Translations under genes and position numbers: made by a program
From: Octopus sinensis
Lineage: Eukaryota
Assembly: GCF_006345805.1 (NCBI RefSeq)
Contig: NW_021830086.1
Coordinates: forward strand, 1-5,328
Direction: 5' to 3'
Length of the DNA: 5,328 nt
The notes under the pieces: generated by a model
Database searches by the model: none
The model's input: only the letters and a program-made list of their open reading frames with translations
Told to the model about the DNA's origin: nothing
In this document: one piece after another, positions 1 to 5,328 of the stretch
How positions within the stretch are numbered: position 1 is the stretch's first letter
Layout: every line of letters begins with the position of its first letter

Positions 1-2
1 TT

Positions 3-31
3 AATAAGAATAATAATAATAATAATAATAA

Positions 32-102
<71 letters not shown>
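3..102. repeat. (AAT)n microsatellite, read as the (TAT/ATT)n 3' tail of the minus-strand LINE
   Basis: Near-perfect AAT run with two interruptions (AAG at 6-8, extra G at 33). It directly abuts the LINE 3' terminal motif at 103-128. Confidence 0.97.
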
Positions 103-517
103 TCGTTCGTTTACTGGCCACAAGGGCTAACAAAAATCAATTAAAATATAAAGGGACAAAACACAGGACGAAAGTTACAAAGGGTTTTGTCCGTTTGAAA
201 AAAGTCTGTGTACAAAAACAGGATAACAACGAAATGTAAGTAACAATTAAAACTGCCAATAGGGGGAGGCGCTTCGAAAGGTTACTCGTGGGAAAACCCA
301 TAAAAGCCACGGGAGCCTGGTCAAAAGTGGGGTAGAGAGCCCCTTTCTCCTTTTATATTTCCTTTCAATTTTCACAGGTGTATCCTCAGAATTGGTCCGT
401 TCATACTGACCATTCTTGCGACATTCACCCACCTCTCAATAAACTTGCTACCAGGCATCACTTCCCTCTCTACTCTCATCTTCCTTTTCAAGTGAAACTT
501 GAAAAAGTTGATGAGGC

Positions 518-518
<1 letters not shown>
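103..518 (-). mobile_element. 5'-truncated Tx1/L1-type non-LTR retrotransposon 3' end (ORF2 C-terminus plus ~270-nt 3'UTR)
   Basis: The minus strand carries an open 48-codon frame ending in TGA (374-372). A 3'UTR follows, ending AGCCCTTGTGGCCAGTAAACGAACGAAT and then the trinucleotide tail. The 5' end stops abruptly at the GATA array. Clade assignment rests on recognising the peptide, not on a search. Confidence 0.72.
372..518 (-). pseudogene. C-terminal 48 aa of a Tx1/L1-type ORF2: GLINFFKFHLKRKMRVEREVMPGSKFIERWVNVARMVSMNGPILRIHL*
   Basis: Manual translation, in a frame not shown in the ORF track. There are no internal stops. The R..E....F...W pattern is typical of L1/Tx1 ORF2 ends. There is no start context: upstream lies the GATA repeat with an in-frame TAG at 524-522. 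Confidence 0.68.

Positions 519-566
<48 letters not shown>
519..566. repeat. (TATC)12 / (GATA)12 microsatellite
   Basis: 12 perfect TATC units. Confidence 0.99.
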
Positions 567-567
<1 letters not shown>

Positions 568-910
568 GTGACTTCATTGACCGAGGTTACCGTGGTCTTT
601 TCCGTAGGCTTTTCTTTCCTGTCCTCCCCGTTACACTTCATATTGACATTTCTGTGATAACGATCCCTATTGATCAATTTTTTTTCCTTTCCCTTTTTTT
701 CCTCACCTCCCCTTTTTTTTCCTCAACTCCCCTTTCCTTTTTTTTTTTAAAAAATTTTATTTTATCACCCCCTTTTTTTGTACTCTTTCCTTCCATTTAC
801 GATCCCTTTTGATCGAAAACCAAACCCCCCTCTTTTACCCCCAAAAGAAAAGATCTACCTTGTAATTTTGTCCTGTCTGTGTGCAGCCCTGTGTGGCTAA
901 TAAAGAAACA
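567..910 (+). mobile_element. Copy A: 5'-truncated 3'UTR of a Tx1-like retroelement, followed by a (TATC)n tail/target
   Basis: It shares three blocks with the minus-strand LINE 3'UTR: TTGACCGAGGTTACCGTGGTCTTTT (577-601), TTGTAATTTTGTCCTGT (860-876) and AGCCCTGTGTGGCTAATAAA (885-904). AATAAA lies at 899-904. Its last ~115 nt align with copy B. Confidence 0.75.

Positions 911-978
<68 letters not shown>
911..978. repeat. (TATC)17 microsatellite
   Basis: 17 perfect TATC units between copies A and B. Confidence 0.99.
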
Positions 979-1268
979 GATCTATTTAATTTTCCTCTTC
1001 CCCCTTTTTTTCCCCTTTTTTCTTCTTTTCTCATTTCTCTTTTCTTTTGTTCCTTTTCCTTTTCTTTTTTTTCTTTTCATTCTTTTTATTTTTTATTTTA
1101 TTTATTTATTATTTTTTTTGTTCTTTTCTTCCCTTTTACGATCCCTCTTGATCGAAAACCTACGCCACCCCCTTTTTTTTCTTTTGTTTTTTTTCATCCC
1201 CCAAAAGAAAAGCTCTACCTTGTAACTTGTCCCATCTGTGTGCAGCCCTGTGTGGCCAATAAAGAAAC

Positions 1269-1269
<1 letters not shown>
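979..1269 (+). mobile_element. Copy B: shorter 5'-truncated copy of the same 3'UTR family
   Basis: TTTACGATCCCTCTTGATCGAAAACC (~1135-1160) matches A ~796-821. CCCCAAAAGAAAAGCTCTACCTTGTAACTTGTCCCATCTGTGTGCAGCCCTGTGTGGCCAATAAAGAAAC (~1199-1268) matches A ~839-909. AATAAA lies at 1258-1263. Confidence 0.78.
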
Positions 1270-1323
<54 letters not shown>

Positions 1324-1324
1324 C

Positions 1325-1410
<86 letters not shown>

Positions 1411-1416
1411 GTCTGC

Positions 1417-1501
<85 letters not shown>
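1270..1501. repeat. Compound (TATC)n array, 58 tetramers
   Basis: TATC units with one TACC (1322-1325) and an internal TGTC/TGCC block (1410-1437). Confidence 0.99.
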
Positions 1502-1504
<3 letters not shown>

Positions 1505-1590
1505 ACTTTTTAAAGTGGATCAATAAAGATTAAGCATTGTCTACATTAGAAGGTTATTAATTTGTGTCCATGTCCGCTAAACAAAATCAA

Positions 1591-1609
1591 GATAGATAGA
1601 TAGATAGAT
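1591..1609. repeat. Short (GATA)n tract, opposite orientation to the TATC arrays
   Basis: GATAGATAGATAGATAGAT. Confidence 0.9.
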
Positions 1610-1881
1610 CAAGTTCTTTCTCTTCGTTGTATTTTCATCCTATAAACGTTACACAGTATACATGGTAAAACCATGATATATTTTAAGAATTTGAAGTGGA
1701 TTACTAAACATCTAAGATATCCTGTTTTTAATGTGTATTAATTTGAACCTGTTAAATACTGTATAGATCTTCACTTTGCATAGCTTATTTTACATTTTAA
1801 GCATATGTATTTAGGCTGTGGCTACAGCAACCGGAAAAATCTAGAAATCCGGGCTTGTTCCGGGCCAAAGCTTACCGGATA

Positions 1882-1998
1882 ACACACACACACACCACAC
1901 ACACGTGTGCATGTATGTATGCATATATGTATGTATGTATATACATGTATATGTGTGTGTGTGCGTGTGTGTTTGTGTGTGTGTGTGTGTGTGTGTTT

Positions 1999-2043
<45 letters not shown>

Positions 2044-2052
2044 ATATACATA
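1882..2052. repeat. Compound microsatellite (AC)n-(TATG)n-(TG)n
   Basis: AC run at 1882-1904, mixed TA/TATG at ~1910-1951, TG run at 1952-2041. Confidence 0.96.
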
Positions 2053-2170
2053 CGCACGTTCAGTTTTATCTATGTATACGATCAGATAGTATATATAGGC
2101 TGGTCGAGTCAGTCTCTTGCCACTGTGAGCTTTGCGTGTGGGTTCAGAGAATCTTCGGACAATATACCGT

Positions 2171-2182
2171 ACACACACACAC

Positions 2183-2230
<48 letters not shown>
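2171..2230. repeat. (AC)n microsatellite
   Basis: About 30 AC units with one interruption near 2183. Confidence 0.98.
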
Positions 2231-2231
<1 letters not shown>

Positions 2232-2266
2232 CCAGGGTAGGTAACATACTGGATCTTTGCTTTACA

Positions 2267-2470
2267 TGTTATATGGGAATGTAAATATGTTTGCAAATTG
2301 TTTTTTACATGTTATTCTGTGTTCTGAATACTTTTATTTTAATAAATGTTGCTTACTGCAAGTTATGGATGATTCTTTATGACTTCATTGCTTTCAGGCT
2401 TAGCTTAAGGTATTTTCGCACCCGACATCACAAAATACGTCTGAATAAACATTGCCGGACAGCAAATAGA
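2267..2470 (+). mobile_element. Internal fragment of the Tc2/pogo-like MITE; direct repeat of 4581-4787
   Basis: Manual alignment to 4581-4787 gives 10 substitutions and 2 small indels (3 nt), about 94% identity. No terminal repeat is attached. Confidence 0.8.
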
Positions 2471-3463
2471 TCTCATCTATAAAGCGAAAGTGACGTCGAC
2501 GCTACTCTCGGATCACAACATGGTAGAGCTGACCATGTACGACCAAAGGAAACCATTGGCATGCAGCCTACAAGAAACTCTTAAAATCCTTCCAGCTTGA
2601 ACTTCCGTAAGGCAAACTGGAAACAAGTTGAAAAACAGAGCTTCAAACAAAACTAGCTTAGATCTCTCTCCTCACCGGACGTCGACATGAAACTTCAACA
2701 ATTCATGTCTGTAATGCAAGCCATATGCTACAAATGTGTCCCAGAGAGAAAGGACACTGTGCACAAGAACAAAATCCCCAGGGAGAGGAAAATTCTTGAG
2801 ACGGCGTACAAAAATTTCAAATCGCCTAAACAAACTGAAAACAGTGAAAAATCCCGGCTGAAAATACAACTGCTGGAGATTTTAAAAAATCAGCAACTGA
2901 TTTCAATCATGAAAAAGAAAGAGCAAAGAAGCCTGGGCTATAGACAATAAAAAATCTAACCCCAGAGCCTTCTAAAAGTTTTCCAAAGAAACAACCTCAG
3001 TGCACTGCAGGGTAGGGCCACTCCTCGAAAAAGATGGTTCACTCACAGGAAATCCAATGAGGATAAGTGAAATACTAAATGAGCAATTCAAAAGTGTTTT
3101 CACTCCACTCCTAGGACACTTGTAAGTCAGTAATCCAGCTGACTTTTTTACCACTGCAGATATAAAAATAGAGACAGTGATGATTGATTATATCAATATA
3201 AAAGAAGACGATGTAATAAGGGCTATAGATGAAATGAACCCGAACTCAGCTAACCCCCTCTAAAAGCATGTAAGCGAGTCCTAGCAAGACCACTGCAGTC
3301 CCTCTTTCAGAGCTTCCTTACAACTGGCAAACTTCCAAACAAGCTGAAGGAGAGTAAAATATACCCTATTCATAAAGGAGGCAGCAGAGCAGATGCCAAA
3401 AACTACAGACCTGTCTCTCTGACATCGCACATCAGTAAGGCCATGGAACGAAAAGTCAGAAGT
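2469..3463 (+). mobile_element. Decayed CR1-type LINE ORF2, from the end of the APE endonuclease through the linker to the first RT motifs
   Basis: Motifs by manual translation: TLLSDHNMVEL (SDH at 2508-2516), LNFRKANW (2597-2620), KNKIPRERKIL, RVGPLL, LNEQFKSVFT (EQF from 3081) and PIHKGGSRADAKNYRPVSLTSHISKAMER (NYRP from 3401). There are several stops and frameshifts. The expected AGPDG motif is deleted near 3251-3258. Confidence 0.93.
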
Positions 3464-3477
3464 GTGGCGATACCTGC

Positions 3478-3776
3478 TCAATAGCTTTGTGAGTGGATTT
3501 GGTAGATGGAAACTGAAAGAAGCCCGTCGTATATATGTATATGTATATGTATGTGTGTGTATATGTTTGTGTATCTGTGTTTGTCCCCCAACATCGCTTG
3601 ACAACGATGGTGGTGTGTTTACGGCCCCGTAACTTAGCGGTTCGGCCAAAGACACCGATAGAATAAGTACTAGGCTTACAAAGAATAAGTCCTGGGGTCG
3701 ATTTTCTCGACTAAAGGCGGTGCTCCAGCATGGCCGCATTCAAAATGACTGAAACAAGTAAAAGAATAAAAGAAAA
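3478..3776 (+). mobile_element. SINE copy 1 (octopus-type SINE body, 5'-truncated, no tRNA-like head), with an internal TA/TG microsatellite
   Basis: It aligns with 4865-5204 on both sides of the microsatellite (GAGTGGATTTG..GGAAACTGAAAGAAGCCCGTCGT; CATCGCTTGACA..GAATAAGTCCTGGGGTC..GGTGCTCCAGCATGGCC..CTGAAACAA). It ends in a TAAAAGAA-type tail. The 5' boundary is approximate. Confidence 0.88.
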
Positions 3777-3779
3777 CGT

Positions 3780-4373
3780 GTGGGCCTTTGAATCCCAAGC
3801 TATTGCAGTACATGGCTCTCACTGTAGACGGGATGGGTGAGATCTTTGGAACAATGCAGTGACGTCCCGTTTGGGGTCTGGCATAACTCGATGGCAAAGT
3901 TTGGTGCCAAACCCAAGCAGGACCTTTCTTGTGTATACCACCGTATATCTCTCCAGGGAGTAAAGTTGTAACTTTTTCAATCTTTCCCAGTAGCACAGTT
4001 GTTCCATTAATGCAATCTTTCTCATGTAGCACCGCTGAACTGCCTCGAGTGCCACTATAAATCTGACACTGTGGCGTGATCACAGTTGAGAGCAGTTGTC
4101 CAGAAGGTCAGAAACAAATGTTTTCCGTAGTACCAGTATATTTTCCTGCTTCTTTCTGAAAGTTCTCAGAATCCATCCGGCTATTGGTCAGCACATTGCC
4201 ACCTACTTGGTGACATAAACATGAAACGAGGTGTTGTCGTTCATAACAATCCACACATCACGCACTGTACTTGAGTTTGTGGTCGCCGCTCCTTTTGGTC
4301 CAAAATGTTTTTGTTGCGTCATGTTATTATAATTTTGCTGGTAGTTGATGGCTCGAAGTATTTCTGCATTAAA
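3780..4373 (-). mobile_element. Decayed CR1-type LINE ORF2, RT C-terminal/thumb region
   Basis: One frame reads FNAE (from 4373), VRDVWIVMND, GWILRTF (4178-4158), DNCSQL*S, LEAVQRCYMRKI (from 4049) and YWERLKKLQLYSLER. After a frameshift it reads GRHCIVPKI..NSLGFKGP. It contains in-frame stops. No 3'UTR is present. Confidence 0.93.
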
Positions 4374-4376
4374 TTA

Positions 4377-4824
4377 CCGTAAATCTTCGAGTATAGTCCG
4401 CCCTTGAGTATAATACGCAGGTTTTTTTTTTTGGGGGGGGACTGTACTTCTGAAAAACCTAAACCTTGTGTATAATACGCACCCCTTCTCTAACTTGAGT
4501 CGTGCGTAATTAAGCCAGCAGCACCTAGTCGAACAAACACTTCTGAACATGCATAATACAATAATGGTGATGTTCTTAACTGTTATATGGGAATGTAAAT
4601 ATGTTTGCAAATTGTTTTTGTTACATGTTATTCTGTGTTCTGAATACTTATATTTTAATAAATGTTGCTTGCTGCAAGTTATGGATGATTCTTTTATGAC
4701 TTCATAGTTTTCAGGCTTAGCTTAAGGTATTTTCATGCCCGACATTACAAAATGCATCTGAATAAACATTGCCGGACAGCAAATAGAGACTCGGACATTG
4801 CTTAGAAAATATTTTTCATTTTTA
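4377..4824 (+). mobile_element. Tc1/mariner-superfamily (Tc2/pogo-like) non-autonomous DNA transposon: left end and body, right TIR missing
   Basis: TA (4375-4376) is followed by CCGTAAATCTTCGAGTATAGTCCGC, resembling Tc2/pogo TA|CCGTA...TATA...CGCA ends. Subterminal repeats are GAGTATAATACGCA (4406-4419) and GTGTATAATACGCA (4468-4481). LINE coding homology stops exactly at this TA. The right boundary is approximate. Confidence 0.72.
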
Positions 4825-5204
4825 ACCTTGGGTAAGTGTCTTCTACTATAGCCTCGGGCTGGCCAAAGCCTTTTGAGTGGATTTGATAGACGGAAACTGA
4901 AAGAAGCCCGTCGTACACGAATATACATACATACATACATGTATGTATGTATGTATGTATGTATGCATGTATGTATGTATGTATGTATGTATGTATTTGT
5001 TTTGTCTGTGTTTGTGCCCCCACCATCGCTTGACAGCCGATGTTGGTGTGTTTACGTCCCCGTAACGTAGCTGTTTGGCAAAAGAGACGGATAGAATAAG
5101 TACTAGGCTTACAAAGAATAAGTCCTGGGGTCAATTTGTTCGACTAAAAGTGGTGCTCCAGCATGGCCTCAGTCAAATGGCTGAAACAAATAAAAGAATA
5201 AAAG
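4825..5204 (+). mobile_element. SINE copy 2 (same family, longer 5' part, still headless)
   Basis: It begins ACCTTGGGTAAGTGTCTTCTACTATAGCC, which resembles the CCTTGGGCAAGT segment that follows the tRNA head in many SINEs. The body aligns with copy 1. The tail is TAAAAGAATAAAAG. Confidence 0.9.
4921..4996. repeat. (ATAC)n-(ATGT)n microsatellite inside SINE copy 2
   Basis: An ATAC run switches to an ATGT run at CATG (4938-4941). Confidence 0.97.
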
Positions 5205-5328
5205 TATATATATGTGTGTGTATGTGTGTGTGTATGTGTATGCGTGGGTATATGTATGTGTGCGTGTATACTTTCTCCTTACCACCGCTTGACAAACGGT
5301 GTTGGTGTGTTCACGTCCCGTAACTTAG
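5205..5328 (+). mobile_element. SINE copy 3: TA/TG microsatellite plus the start of the SINE 3' half, running off the window
   Basis: ACCACCGCTTGACAAACGGTGTTGGTGTGTTCACGTCCCGTAACTTAG (5281-5328) matches copy 2 ACCATCGCTTGACAGCCGATGTTGGTGTGTTTACGTCCCCGTAACGTAG. Confidence 0.85.

Noticed and set aside
3-910. Twin-priming inversion of a single LINE
   Set aside because: Both arms have their own 3' terminus and tail and align only in short blocks, so they are two elements.
519-1501. CRISPR-like repeat-spacer or telomere array
   Set aside because: The repeats are variable-length tetranucleotide microsatellites, and the 'spacers' are homologous to each other. There are no cas genes, the context is eukaryotic, and the motif is not TTAGGG.
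378-1533. ORFs 378-812, 881-1225, 1238-1513 and 1240-1533 (YLSI repeats, Phe-rich, could look like membrane proteins)
   Set aside because: They are read-throughs of TATC arrays and poly-pyrimidine UTRs. Several rely on GTG starts inside the retroelement UTR.
2097-2160. Possible tRNA-like/Pol III head (TGGTCGAGTCAG ... GGTTCAGAG)
   Set aside because: The B box does not fit GTTCRANNC, I could not build a cloverleaf, and no SINE body follows.
1822-2247. Overlapping His/Thr- and Cys/Val-rich ORFs on both strands (could look like metallothionein or metal-binding proteins)
   Set aside because: They are translations of (CA)n/(TG)n/(TATG)n, which lack stop codons in most frames.
2687-2950. 87-aa ORF as a standalone gene
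   Set aside because: It is an inter-stop segment of the decayed CR1 ORF2 linker, in frame with LNFRKANW.
3676-4083. 135-aa and 78-aa minus-strand ORFs as functional proteins
   Set aside because: They are two frames of one frameshifted LINE ORF2 remnant. The longer one runs on into antisense SINE sequence.
2267-4787. LTR retrotransposon interpretation (TG start, AATAAA, apparent CA|TGGTAGAG PBS at 2519-2528)
   Set aside because: There is no TSD, PPT, common CA end or gag/integrase. The TGGTAGAG lies inside the LINE SDHNMVEL codons, and the right repeat is internal to a TIR element.
4722-5323. ORFs of 65-110 aa over the SINEs
   Set aside because: They are chance frames across non-coding SINE and microsatellite sequence.

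Overview
This is a eukaryotic, AT-rich window made almost entirely of repeats. I find no supportable host gene. The SINE and LINE sequences resemble octopus/cephalopod repeats I recognise, but this is not a database hit. From left to right: (1) An (AAT)n tail and the 3' end of a minus-strand Tx1/L1-type LINE, with the last 48 codons of ORF2 plus 3'UTR. (2) Two plus-strand, 5'-truncated copies of a related 3'UTR (A, B), each sandwiched between (TATC)n arrays: (TATC)12-A-(TATC)17-B-(TATC)58. (3) CA/TG microsatellites. (4) A 204-bp internal fragment of a Tc2/pogo-like MITE. (5) A decayed plus-strand CR1-type LINE ORF2 piece running from the endonuclease end to the RT start. (6) A SINE. (7) A decayed minus-strand piece of CR1-type ORF2 covering the RT C-terminal region. 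(8) A one-ended Tc2/pogo-like MITE inserted at TA. (9) Two more SINE pieces. The best novelty candidate is a Tx1-like family that appears to insert into TATC/GATA microsatellites and stack head-to-tail. It shares three 3'UTR blocks with a neighbouring (TAT)n-tailed relative. The listed ORFs are microsatellite or low-complexity artefacts, antisense or off-frame reads of repeats, or LINE remnants.
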